A program made the position numbers and the translations under genes. A stretch of DNA of 64,000 nt from IMG/VR virus record IMGVR_UViG_3300021426_000066. The stretch is one strand, 5' to 3'. The notes under the pieces were generated by a model. That model was not told where the DNA came from and did not search any database. It was given only the letters and a program-made list of their open reading frames with translations. Source of the stretch: a virus. Lineage: Duplodnaviria > Caudoviricetes. Positions 50,135 to 59,467 of this stretch are shown here, piece after piece; the first letter of the stretch is position 1, and each line of letters begins with the position of its first letter.

Positions 50135-50500
50135 TCACCCAACAGGCTCCTCATCATTCAATTCATTTTCAAATTCTATTTTTGGCTCTTCTTCTAGATC
50201 AACGTTTGTCGCCTTAGAATCACCGATAATTTCTTTAACCCACTCTCTAATCCTCGGATTAAAATCTTGTTTATCAATATTTGATAAATCTAATTTTTCT
50301 AATTCTTCTTTCGCTTGCTCTTTAGTAATACTTTTACCAATCATATAATTAGAACAAGTATAATAAATATTCCTACAATTTTCAGAATGGAACATTCCCA
50401 TCCAAGAAGGTTTATTAATACTTTTTTTGCATCCTGTAGGACAAAATTCATACTTCTTATTACAAACTAAACAAGATCTATTTTTATTAAATATTTTCAT
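50135..50500 (-). CDS. Zn-finger-like protein downstream of major tail protein
   Basis: CxxC-x6-CxxxC…H…C. Confidence 0.6.
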   Translation of the reverse strand: MKIFNKNRSCLVCNKKYEFCPTGCKKSINKPSWMGMFHSENCRNIYYTCSNYMIGKSITKEQAKEELEKLDLSNIDKQDFNPRIREWVKEIIGDSKATNVDLEEEPKIEFENELNDEEPVG

Positions 50501-50654
50501 ATTATATGTCTCCTTTTATTTCGAATAAAATAGGAGACATCAAGCCTCCTTATTAGCAAAAACTTTTTAGATACAACACAAGGCGGACTGAAAATGCCCG
50601 CCTTGTTAATAGGGTCATAACCCCCACTTTTTTATTACAATGTATAACAAATAA

Positions 50655-51455
50655 TTACTCCTCAGAATCATCGTCGGCCCAATACATCTGGTACAACGTC
50701 TTCTCAGTTCCACCACAATAATCAGCCTGAAGGCTTCCTGTAAAATCAACCGTAGTATCAGTGGTCAGACTCATAGAAAGTTCAGGGCTGATCTGGAAGC
50801 TTGGAAATCTGACATAAAGAGCTTTCAGTGTATTAACGTCGCACGGATCGATGGCGAGAGCCTTAATTGTCAGAACAATTGTTCCAGGGAACTTATCTGC
50901 TTCATTAATCAGTCTCGCACCAGAAGTAACTTCTCTTTCGTACTTCACGAGATACTGTGCGACATCCTGATCATCGGGGGGAGTAAGGACCTTAATACCA
51001 GCATAATCGCCAGTGCCATCAGTGATATTAAAATCAGACAGTGTGTACGACTTACCCATACCGCCAGAATTATTCATAGCGTTAACATTGACTTCGCCAC
51101 CATCATAACCAGGCATCGGAAGAGTAGTTCCAGCCTTAACGGCCACAATTCTAGGCATCTTAATTACATTAGTGGTTGTTGCAAGTTCAGGATCAGTACC
51201 GTTCTGCGCACCAATAGAGGAGAAGTTGATCATTGCGTTTGTAGCCGTTACTTCGCCCGTCTTGGCCTGCCAGAAACGCTTAACCAGAGTTCCTTGAGCA
51301 TCAACGGCATCTTTAGATTCAGCAGAGATATCTACAGTAAAATCACTAAGCTGCGACATCAGCAGCACGGGAGTAAAAGTTCCATCTTGTTCTTTCTTTT
51401 CGCCATATGCATACTGCACACGGTCTATGATTACTTCACCAAGCATGAAGGCCAT
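50655..51455 (-). CDS. Major tail (tube) protein
   Basis: 266 aa, acidic and beta-rich; follows connector genes; strong AAGGAGG RBS. Confidence 0.7.
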   Translation of the reverse strand: MAFMLGEVIIDRVQYAYGEKKEQDGTFTPVLLMSQLSDFTVDISAESKDAVDAQGTLVKRFWQAKTGEVTATNAMINFSSIGAQNGTDPELATTTNVIKMPRIVAVKAGTTLPMPGYDGGEVNVNAMNNSGGMGKSYTLSDFNITDGTGDYAGIKVLTPPDDQDVAQYLVKYEREVTSGARLINEADKFPGTIVLTIKALAIDPCDVNTLKALYVRFPSFQISPELSMSLTTDTTVDFTGSLQADYCGGTEKTLYQMYWADDDSEE

Positions 51456-51484
51456 AGCTTTATACCTCCTTATATTTTTTTAAT

Positions 51485-51505
51485 AAAAAAAGAGCCAGAG
51501 GCTCT
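51485..51505 (-). terminator. Short intrinsic terminator upstream of major tail gene
   Basis: AGAGCC-TCT-GGCTCT followed by TTTTTT on the minus strand. Confidence 0.6.
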
Positions 51506-51536
51506 ATCTACAAAAATCCATTTGGAATATTTATAT

Positions 51537-52439
51537 TTAAGTTAATGAAGCATTTCTCATAAAATCAAATTGTTCTTTAGGTATTTTACTTGTATCAACA
51601 AAACCAGAATACATTCCAGTATATAATGCACGGGTTGATTCATATATTTGTAATCTTTGTACGCTATCCATAAATTCAACGATACCAACATTTACCAATT
51701 CTGATTTAGTATATTTAAAACCAGGGTGGTTTAAACAAGTAGATATTAATGGTAGGAGAGTAGAAGAATAAGGATCATTTTTATGTCGTTCATAATTCAA
51801 TCGATCTTCGTCAACCAAGGCTTCTTTAGTTGCTCTACCTTTACCAAATTCTATCTTAGGATATATATTGAACATACTTCTAACATACCATGCCAACTTC
51901 TTATACATATTCTCATCTATTTCCAGATCCTGCACTGGGTCATATAAGACAATGCTCACATCTTCGCCAATTTGTTTCTGATATCTTTGCAATTTTGAAA
52001 AATCAATATCACCAAATAAGAAAGATGTCTGCGCTTGGCTTAAAGTTGGACACAACATCTGAAATAATTCAAAATCAGTTATCTTACACCAATCTACGCC
52101 CATGTCCCACAAGATCATACGGTATGAAGTAGTATTAGCAGTAAAGACATGCACAACGCTATAAGCTTCTTTTTCACCAAATCTAATTAAATCCCCAACC
52201 GTAGGTTGTAATACAGTTATTTTTTCATTAAGTTTAAAAGGTTCTCCCAAATATAATTGCAAACGGTCTATATCAAACTGAGGCGTATCAGCTTTCTTTT
52301 TGTTCTGCCTAGCCTGAGACTGCATAATAGCATCAACCGCATTAGAGCTTTGATTCACTTTTTGTTCAGCGGCCTGCTTCTTAGCCTCACGCCTAGCTTC
52401 TAAAGCCTGCTTGGCCTGTTCCTTAAGGGAATCTGTCAT
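51537..52439 (-). CDS. Conserved tail morphogenesis-type hypothetical protein
   Basis: 300 aa; overlaps the upstream gene; immediately before MTP. Confidence 0.5.
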   Translation of the reverse strand: MTDSLKEQAKQALEARREAKKQAAEQKVNQSSNAVDAIMQSQARQNKKKADTPQFDIDRLQLYLGEPFKLNEKITVLQPTVGDLIRFGEKEAYSVVHVFTANTTSYRMILWDMGVDWCKITDFELFQMLCPTLSQAQTSFLFGDIDFSKLQRYQKQIGEDVSIVLYDPVQDLEIDENMYKKLAWYVRSMFNIYPKIEFGKGRATKEALVDEDRLNYERHKNDPYSSTLLPLISTCLNHPGFKYTKSELVNVGIVEFMDSVQRLQIYESTRALYTGMYSGFVDTSKIPKEQFDFMRNASLT

Positions 52440-53034
52440 ACTTATTATTCATCCCCATGTGAGTTGGAATTGTATTTGGAAGCTGCGATTCAAACTTTAA
52501 TGTTCTGGCATAATATCTATCATCAATAATGTCATCAAAGTCAGAAATACATTTTAACTGTAACCCAGCTACATTACTCCATTGAAGTAAATCTTTAACA
52601 ATATACGACAATAAATCTGTCCTTTGAACACCAAATTCTGTAGTCATATCATCTTCGTGGACCATGCAAATTACAACCACTTGCTGGTTCTTGATTATTT
52701 TATTAGTATATGAAACATCGTAGTCTCTGATATCGAACATCACAAAATTATTTACTTCTTTTTGAACCCCATTTAATTTCAAATACGGTATAATCCGCTT
52801 TGACTCGATACGCTTATTATATTCCTCAATCTCTTGACGAAGTTCCAATTCCTGAATAGTAGGATGCTCTTCGTCTTGAAATTTATTTAGAGGTCTTTTA
52901 TCCCGAACACCTAAGACTTCTTTTAAATCGGGGTCTTCATTAAAAACACGCTCAATAACTGCTTTTCTATAAATAATGTCGTTGTTCTTGGTGGATTCTA
53001 AGTCTCGCTTAATATTACTAATATCACGTTGCAT
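52423..53034 (-). CDS. Putative tail terminator / connector protein
   Basis: Position and size; 'RIIPY…RTDLLSYIV' pattern. Confidence 0.5.
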   Translation of the reverse strand: MQRDISNIKRDLESTKNNDIIYRKAVIERVFNEDPDLKEVLGVRDKRPLNKFQDEEHPTIQELELRQEIEEYNKRIESKRIIPYLKLNGVQKEVNNFVMFDIRDYDVSYTNKIIKNQQVVVICMVHEDDMTTEFGVQRTDLLSYIVKDLLQWSNVAGLQLKCISDFDDIIDDRYYARTLKFESQLPNTIPTHMGMNNKYDRFP

Positions 53035-54226
53035 CAGCTTCCACCTCCCATTCTATCGATGTTTTATAATTACCATTATTCTGACTAGCTGTAAGTTTGA
53101 ACCTCTTGCCAACCAAGCTATTTGCTTTTGAAGGTTTGACCGCAACAATATTATCTTCATAAACCGTTAGCTTAATTAACCCTTCCAGACGCTTAGTCTC
53201 TTCCTCATCAAAATTATCCAGAGGATCAAGAAGTTCTATATTCCATACAGCAGATACTTTGTCATACCCAAGTTTTGCTTGATAATAAGAAATGTTTCCT
53301 ATTTGTACCGAAGCACTCGGCCCAACCTCACTTTCTATTAATTCTTCATTCTCGTTAATAAACATCTGAACAATAGAAAATTCTTTATCAGCCAAGTTGT
53401 CTTCAAGAACATCAAATTTTATATCCCCCATATTTGTGTAATAGTCACAAACACGAAGTTTAACATTGTCCCTCTTTGGATTAAATTCATCTTGTTTTAA
53501 AGAGAATTTAAACAATCCAACGGGAGATACTTCCACTACTTTAGTTACTGCATATGCTTTAGGATCCAGATCATTTGTAGTTAACAAAAATCTTTGATCA
53601 TGAGCAATTGTCCGTGTATCTGATAACCCAAGTTCTTTTAACTTATCACCATATACAGAATATGTATCTGGCGACCAAAACCCAGTAAGGTTATCAAGAG
53701 TAATCGTCATTTCTGCCCTCCAAATACCACTTGTATAAGAGTTTGCAGATCTAACCACAGCATATATACTTTCAATTTTTCCGTTATAGACCCATTGAAA
53801 ATTCCAATTACATTGCAGAACATTATATCTTACATATGCATTTTGATTATCCCTATCAACAATCAACCACCATTGAGTTCTTCTCTCAATGGGTTGCGTA
53901 AAAGGGTTAGCTATTTCACTGGTTGATAAATTCAGTTCAGGGCTTGTATCATCAGGAATTAACACGTAGCTTCCAATAGGATAATGAACTCCTGGCCTGA
54001 ATTGCAGATAATAATCAACATTATCTTTTGCAACTGATTGTGACTGATGATATTGATACTTTACATCTTCCCATTTCCATCCATCTTTAGTTAATATATA
54101 CACACGCTTATACGTTGGATCGCCAGTCCACGTAGCATTAATAATTGCATCAGATTGCTGTCTGCGTATCTGAGCAAGATTATTGCCCCTATTACGCAAA
54201 AAATGGGTGTAATCATTAATGTTCAT
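53024..54226 (-). CDS. Putative head-closure / neck protein
   Basis: Likely start ATG 54226 (MNINDY); 'WWLIV…LQCNW…W' pattern; position among connectors. Confidence 0.5.
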   Translation of the reverse strand: MNINDYTHFLRNRGNNLAQIRRQQSDAIINATWTGDPTYKRVYILTKDGWKWEDVKYQYHQSQSVAKDNVDYYLQFRPGVHYPIGSYVLIPDDTSPELNLSTSEIANPFTQPIERRTQWWLIVDRDNQNAYVRYNVLQCNWNFQWVYNGKIESIYAVVRSANSYTSGIWRAEMTITLDNLTGFWSPDTYSVYGDKLKELGLSDTRTIAHDQRFLLTTNDLDPKAYAVTKVVEVSPVGLFKFSLKQDEFNPKRDNVKLRVCDYYTNMGDIKFDVLEDNLADKEFSIVQMFINENEELIESEVGPSASVQIGNISYYQAKLGYDKVSAVWNIELLDPLDNFDEEETKRLEGLIKLTVYEDNIVAVKPSKANSLVGKRFKLTASQNNGNYKTSIEWEVEADAT

Positions 54227-54581
54227 TTGACTGAGAACCATCCTTGCATTGAATTTTATCAATCATGGCATGTGCATCTAATATTAACTTTCTATATGGT
54301 TTATACTCAAAAATCTCTTTTTGAGTTTCATGCAAAGCACTCTCTAACAAGCTGATCATCGAGCATATCTCAACAGGATAGGAGAGAATGCTGTTCAGAC
54401 CATCAATCTCGTGCATAATATGTGAAAAATACTGTTCGTAATTAGCTTGGTCAACATTTGGAAACTGATCCTTAGTGGCAGGATCTTTGTATATAAGTAA
54501 CCAAAATAATTTCTTATGTAATTGATTTTTATATTCATTAAATTGTTCTTCGGTAAAAGAACCATACTTATGTTCAATCAT
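54216..54581 (-). CDS. Hypothetical head-tail joining region protein
   Basis: ATGA overlap with upstream gene; 121 aa. Confidence 0.5.
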   Translation of the reverse strand: MIEHKYGSFTEEQFNEYKNQLHKKLFWLLIYKDPATKDQFPNVDQANYEQYFSHIMHEIDGLNSILSYPVEICSMISLLESALHETQKEIFEYKPYRKLILDAHAMIDKIQCKDGSQSNEH

Positions 54582-55051
54582 GTCGTTAATTCTTCCATAT
54601 TCACATAAGCATTATGGATATATCCTCTGTCAGCTATCATACGCCGTTGCTCTTTTTTCCAAGAGGAGAGAAGATCTTTTAATTCTGCTAAATGTGTACT
54701 TTGGGAGTAGTATTTCTCCTCCTTACTTGCATACACTTGACGAAGGTTTACAAGACTATTAACCTTTGGACTAAGCCATTGAATCCCCATACCCAATGCA
54801 AGTATTTCAATCACAAAATCCTCATCCTCGAAATCTTCTCTTGGATATCGCATTTCATATGTTAACCGCATAATATCATCATCAAAACTTACCGAAGAAA
54901 AAATATTACGAATATAAGTCGGACGAACAGATGCATGAATCCAATTACATAAAAATTCTTGTACTGTATTTTCGTCCAATTCTAAAAAATCAAAAGCTTC
55001 TACTTTCATGTAGAAGCTTTGATATATCATATTATAATCAATAGAGGCCAT
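54578..55051 (-). CDS. Putative head-tail adaptor
   Basis: 'IYQSF…EILALGM..QWL.P…YSQSTHLAEL' pattern; two genes after MCP. Confidence 0.6.
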   Translation of the reverse strand: MASIDYNMIYQSFYMKVEAFDFLELDENTVQEFLCNWIHASVRPTYIRNIFSSVSFDDDIMRLTYEMRYPREDFEDEDFVIEILALGMGIQWLSPKVNSLVNLRQVYASKEEKYYSQSTHLAELKDLLSSWKKEQRRMIADRGYIHNAYVNMEELTT

Positions 55052-55072
55052 TGGTAGTTACCTCCTTGATAT

Positions 55073-55618
55073 TTAATCAGCTATAGAAGACAGCAGATTT
55101 AATTCCGTTCCAAAGAAATCATCAAGTGCTTTAATCTTCTTAACACTATCTAATTGCCCATTCACAATCATTGTTGATGCTATGCTCTTCAGCGAATTTA
55201 CGGCACTCTGAGGTAAAGTTTCCAAAGTCGCAATCATATCATTAACGCTTAAATCAAGAACACCTTTAAGATCGTCAACAGTGTACTGTTCTTCATAAAA
55301 CTTCTTAAGTTGAGGAAATTCATTAACAAAATCCTCATCCTCAATTACAAATAGCGGGCCAAAAATATACTTAGATCTACTACGCACTGAGGCAGCAAGA
55401 TCACGATATTCTACTTCATTTTCGTCACCATAATCTACCCAATTATGAGTGGTATGAGATTTCGGCCCATCATACCACAAATCACCAACCGTTACAGAAC
55501 GACACATAATATAATCATCCTGAGCAAAAGTTCTCTTTTTAGGAATTTCTTTTACTACTTCTTCTTTAACTATATCTGCTACCTTTTTAGGGGTAGACTT
55601 CACTTTACTTGTAGCCAT
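55073..55618 (-). CDS. Conserved protein following major capsid
   Basis: AAAGGAG RBS; ends 'LDSVKKIKALDDFFG'. Confidence 0.55.
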   Translation of the reverse strand: MATSKVKSTPKKVADIVKEEVVKEIPKKRTFAQDDYIMCRSVTVGDLWYDGPKSHTTHNWVDYGDENEVEYRDLAASVRSRSKYIFGPLFVIEDEDFVNEFPQLKKFYEEQYTVDDLKGVLDLSVNDMIATLETLPQSAVNSLKSIASTMIVNGQLDSVKKIKALDDFFGTELNLLSSIAD

Positions 55619-55650
55619 AATTAATTACTCCTTTTTCTCCAAAATCATAA

Positions 55651-56787
55651 TTACTGAGTAAGAGTCCACTGACCAAACATTCTCTTAACACGTACAGCCA
55701 TACCCCAAGACATCTGGATTTCATACTTGCCAAGATCGTCATAACGGCCATGCTCCTCGCCCTTCTCTGTGATCTCATCAATCTCAGTTTCGCCATACGT
55801 GAACATGTCAATAAGCTTGTTATCTACACCTTTGGCAAGGAACAGAATCTTGGTATCATCAAACAGTTTGGTGGTCAGAGTACTATCAGCAAAACGCTGT
55901 TCTACCACAATAAGGTCTGTACCCTCATAATCTCCAAGCAGGCCAGTATGAGCAACGGATTCCTTCATAGACGGAGCAATCCAGTTAACATCACCAAGCT
56001 TTGTGAAATTCTTGAGAGCAGTTCTCGTTCCAATAGCAACAACTTCTGCGCCATCATTAGCGGCACTAACATTCTCAATAATAGCGTCAACGGCAGCCTT
56101 GGTAGAAGTACTAAATGCACCAGTTCCAACAAAACCAGTTGTTACAGGAAGCTGAGTGGCAGCAGACATAGCAAGGTTATAAATCTCAACCTGTTGCTTC
56201 ATGGTAAAGGACTTAGCAAGAGTGGAAATAAGCTTATCCCAGTCTTCCTGTCCAGCCATGTATCTATTAAGCTCCATACCGACAGCAGCACCATAACGTG
56301 CCACGGGTACAGCATAAGATTCACCCTTTCCTAAACGCTGAAGGATATAATCATGATGCGAAGTTCCAACCTTGGCAATGCTAAGAATTACGTCCTTTTC
56401 AGGAACCCAGAAAAGGTTATCCTGTCCAAGCGCTCTCGAACGAACGTTCACAAGCTGGTTGAAAATCTCATTCTCACGCATACCATAAGCGATATACTCA
56501 TCAACTGTTTCCTCTACAATCTCGAACCACTCCTGGCTGTGCTTTTTCATTGCACGATGATATTCTCTATCACTAAAACCAGGCTCCAGCTCAAAGATAG
56601 CAAGAGTGATTTCACGAAGCTTCTCATTAGCCATCTGCTTGGAAATCTTATTACCATCCTCATCATAAATATCTCTGTGGAGAGCGAGGTCAAGCATAAG
56701 ATTCTTTGCGCTATCATAATCAAAATCTAACGTAGTAAACACATTGTTTACATGATTGGAAAATACAAGTTTACGATTTCTATTCAT
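55651..56787 (-). CDS. Major capsid protein
   Basis: 378 aa; follows protease/scaffold and decoration genes; AAAGGAGG RBS; C-terminal 'GMAV…FGQWT' typical of HK97-fold MCPs. Confidence 0.8.
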   Translation of the reverse strand: MNRNRKLVFSNHVNNVFTTLDFDYDSAKNLMLDLALHRDIYDEDGNKISKQMANEKLREITLAIFELEPGFSDREYHRAMKKHSQEWFEIVEETVDEYIAYGMRENEIFNQLVNVRSRALGQDNLFWVPEKDVILSIAKVGTSHHDYILQRLGKGESYAVPVARYGAAVGMELNRYMAGQEDWDKLISTLAKSFTMKQQVEIYNLAMSAATQLPVTTGFVGTGAFSTSTKAAVDAIIENVSAANDGAEVVAIGTRTALKNFTKLGDVNWIAPSMKESVAHTGLLGDYEGTDLIVVEQRFADSTLTTKLFDDTKILFLAKGVDNKLIDMFTYGETEIDEITEKGEEHGRYDDLGKYEIQMSWGMAVRVKRMFGQWTLTQ

Positions 56788-56813
56788 TTTTAGTTACCTC
56801 CTTTCCACTAAAA

Positions 56814-57278
56814 TTAATTTCCAACAACATACTTGCCATTAGCAAATGTGACTGTTTTATTAGCTGCGGGAGTTCCATTAAAACCTAAAGCAGATACTTC
56901 AAAAATATCTCCCTTAATCAGAGAATATGCTTTAACAGTTTTTCCCTGTTCGTTATAGAAGTTTTCTTCTAAAGAGAATTTCTTATTATAGTCTTCTGCA
57001 ATTACAGGTGCATCATAAACAAACAGAGCCTCCGTATCAGCGGTTACTTCAATGTACCAATTTCCATTGGCAGCCTGTTGACGAATAATTCCAGCAAAGG
57101 TATTGGGGGCAGCAGCCTGTGTATACTCATCAAAAGCTACCCAATTACCTCTGCCAACCAGAGTGCAGTTATCAGTGTCTGCCGTCAGACGAATATTGTA
57201 AATATGACCTCCGCCATACGCAGATACGATCTTGCTGGGGAAACCAAAAATATGTTTCGCAATAGTGTACTGAATCAT
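56814..57278 (-). CDS. Capsid decoration/cement protein
   Basis: 154 aa beta-rich protein between scaffold and MCP; 'LIKGDIFEVS'. Confidence 0.6.
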   Translation of the reverse strand: MIQYTIAKHIFGFPSKIVSAYGGGHIYNIRLTADTDNCTLVGRGNWVAFDEYTQAAAPNTFAGIIRQQAANGNWYIEVTADTEALFVYDAPVIAEDYNKKFSLEENFYNEQGKTVKAYSLIKGDIFEVSALGFNGTPAANKTVTFANGKYVVGN

Positions 57279-57300
57279 AGCGTTTTCGCTCCTTTCATAA

Positions 57301-57329
57301 AAATAAAAAAGAGGCCATAATGCCCCTTT
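57301..57329 (-). terminator. Terminator-like hairpin after protease/scaffold
   Basis: AAAGGGGC-loop-GCCTCTTT followed by TTATTTT. Confidence 0.5.
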
Positions 57330-57357
57330 GTTGATATATAAATAATTGTTTATTTAA

Positions 57358-58437
57358 TTACTTCTTAAAAATATTTCCATATCTACTTCTCTTGGGATTA
57401 CCCTTTGCTCCACTAGCCATTAAGCCAACTCTGGAGACTTTCTTTTTACCATTCTTAGCTTCTTCCTCTTTCTTCTCTACTTCTTCAAAGTTGAGATTAC
57501 CACTCTTAGCATAACTTAATAACATCTTATCAAGACTATCTTTAAGCTCTTCAAAAGTCATTTCATTTTTGCCCTCGTTAACTTCATTAACGATAGCAGT
57601 AAACTCTTCCTTTTCAGAAATAGCAGAGTAGTCAGCAGAAGCTACAAGTTCTTTCTTCTGATACTGGGCCAGATCATTAGAAACCTGCTCATAATTGCTC
57701 TTCATAGAATCAAGATTATTAATCTCATCTTGAGTTAAGAACCTAGCAAACACTTCGACCCTGTCACCTTTCAGAGAATAAACATCTTTCTTCACAGAAT
57801 AATTCTGACGATAATGCTTATTATTCCAATAGTCATGCATTACAACATACTTATCATCATCATAAGCATCAACATCGTACCAAGTGTCGTCAGATTCAGA
57901 ATAAGTGTTATTTACAAGATCGCGAAGTGCATTTAGCTTCTCAGTAAGAGATACAGAAAACTGTTTAACAGTACCATCAATAACAACGGAGTATGTTAAC
58001 TCATTATTGCGACGAGTAGCGGATTCATCTCCAGCATCACGTTTAGCTATTGCATCTTTATCAGCGGCAACAGCCTCTTCAGCATCTTCAAGCGCAGAAA
58101 TAGTAGTAGCTTCGACTAATTCTTTCTGAGCGTCAGTTAATCCGTTATAAGCATCTCTAGCTGCCTGAACGGTATATTGATCATTCGCATCAGGGTTTTC
58201 TGGCAAAGCTTCAATCATTGCAGTCACATCATCTGCCGCACCCTGATCTGCATCTTCATCTTCAGTATCATCTAAACCGCCAGCTTCAGGATCGTCAGGA
58301 TCAGAACCGTCATCAGGATCATCAAAAGCTTTCACAAAGGCGGTTTCTAACTCTTCGTCAGATAAGCTCTCATACTCAAATGTAATATCTTCAACAGTTT
58401 TTCCATACTTCTCAAGAAGCTCTTCAAACTTGTTCAT
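57358..58437 (-). CDS. Nested in-frame scaffolding protein (359 aa)
   Basis: Internal AGAAAGGAGG-AAACGCCC-ATG at 58437, in frame with the protease. Confidence 0.65.
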   Translation of the reverse strand: MNKFEELLEKYGKTVEDITFEYESLSDEELETAFVKAFDDPDDGSDPDDPEAGGLDDTEDEDADQGAADDVTAMIEALPENPDANDQYTVQAARDAYNGLTDAQKELVEATTISALEDAEEAVAADKDAIAKRDAGDESATRRNNELTYSVVIDGTVKQFSVSLTEKLNALRDLVNNTYSESDDTWYDVDAYDDDKYVVMHDYWNNKHYRQNYSVKKDVYSLKGDRVEVFARFLTQDEINNLDSMKSNYEQVSNDLAQYQKKELVASADYSAISEKEEFTAIVNEVNEGKNEMTFEELKDSLDKMLLSYAKSGNLNFEEVEKKEEEAKNGKKKVSRVGLMASGAKGNPKRSRYGNIFKK

Positions 58438-59223
58438 GGGCGTTTCCTCCTTTCTGAAAGTATTATTTATATTAAAGCTCTCAAGCGTCTTGTTTAATGC
58501 GTTAAGAGTTTCAATCAATTTATCATTTTGCTCATATGAATCTTTTTCATTAACAGCAAAATCTTCAATTTGTAAATGCGCCCCTTCCATGCCAGGGGTA
58601 CGATCACTACCCAAAAGCGTAATTGCCCCTAATTCAATGTCTTCAAGCAACAGTTCTTTCTTTTTTGCATCATAAGACATTTTATTTACAAACAACTCAG
58701 CAGATACATCTGTGCCACCTCTACGCTCAATAATTTCAGCAGCAGGAGTGTATTCTCTAGGAATGGCACCTTTAGCATAAGCATAATATCTATCTGTTTT
58801 TTCGTCATATCGCATTTCAGGCTTATCAGCCGTAATGCATCCTACCTGCTTTTCAAGATAGATAGGATTTCCATCTTCATCAATTTCCATATCGTGTGCT
58901 GTAAAATCTAACGCTTCTGTACCATCTTCTAAAGTTACAGTCTGATAATTACAAAGAATAGGCTTATACTTAAATCCAGATAAACTTTTTTCCATAGCCT
59001 TCTTCGTCACAGAAGATTTATTTCTATTATTGTTAGTATGAAATGCTTTAATATTTGCAAACAACGTATATTCATCTTCAGACTCAGATACTTCAAATTG
59101 AGCAGGAGTGCTTACATAAAGCTGATAACCAGATTCAGTAGAATCAAATTTTGCAAAGTTCTGCTCGGCACAAAATCTGCACAGATCTTCAACAGTCATT
59201 ATTCGTTGCTTCTTATTAACCAT
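57358..59223 (-). CDS. Prohead protease fused to scaffolding domain
   Basis: Start ATG 59223 after AAAGGAGG; 'HTNNNRNKS…KPIL…VSAEL…ITLLG…PGMEGA' protease-like N-half; acidic helical C-half. Confidence 0.75.
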   Translation of the reverse strand: MVNKKQRIMTVEDLCRFCAEQNFAKFDSTESGYQLYVSTPAQFEVSESEDEYTLFANIKAFHTNNNRNKSSVTKKAMEKSLSGFKYKPILCNYQTVTLEDGTEALDFTAHDMEIDEDGNPIYLEKQVGCITADKPEMRYDEKTDRYYAYAKGAIPREYTPAAEIIERRGGTDVSAELFVNKMSYDAKKKELLLEDIELGAITLLGSDRTPGMEGAHLQIEDFAVNEKDSYEQNDKLIETLNALNKTLESFNINNTFRKEETPMNKFEELLEKYGKTVEDITFEYESLSDEELETAFVKAFDDPDDGSDPDDPEAGGLDDTEDEDADQGAADDVTAMIEALPENPDANDQYTVQAARDAYNGLTDAQKELVEATTISALEDAEEAVAADKDAIAKRDAGDESATRRNNELTYSVVIDGTVKQFSVSLTEKLNALRDLVNNTYSESDDTWYDVDAYDDDKYVVMHDYWNNKHYRQNYSVKKDVYSLKGDRVEVFARFLTQDEINNLDSMKSNYEQVSNDLAQYQKKELVASADYSAISEKEEFTAIVNEVNEGKNEMTFEELKDSLDKMLLSYAKSGNLNFEEVEKKEEEAKNGKKKVSRVGLMASGAKGNPKRSRYGNIFKK

Positions 59224-59279
59224 ATCAACCTCCTTTCCCCTAAAAATAAAACTCCTCAATAGGAGAGGAGAATAGGTAA

Positions 59280-59456
59280 TTAATCAAAATCCAATTTATT
59301 TGTATATACTGTTTTATCCAAAACTCCAAAAGTCTTGCGTTTGTCATTTATAAATGTGTATCCATTCTCATCATGTTTAACAAGAACAAATCCCATTTTT
59401 ATTAGTGCGTCCGCAGACTCTTGAGATGAAGTAAATATAAATAATTTTTGCTTCAT
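59280..59456 (-). CDS. Small protein (58 aa, absent from ORF track) between portal and protease
   Basis: Hand translation MKQKLFIFTSSQESADALIKMGFVLVKHDENGYTFINDKRKTFGVLDKTVYTNKLDFD*; GAGGG RBS; followed by CTCCTC/GAGGAG hairpin plus U tract. Confidence 0.7.
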   Translation of the reverse strand: MKQKLFIFTSSQESADALIKMGFVLVKHDENGYTFINDKRKTFGVLDKTVYTNKLDFD

Positions 59457-59467
59457 AATTATCCCTC

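Noticed and set aside
55750-56730. Plus-strand ORFs of 194 and 125 aa opposite the capsid gene, and the many other short plus-strand or alternate-frame ORFs in the track
   Set aside because: Shadow ORFs overlapping well-supported minus-strand genes; no recognisable motifs
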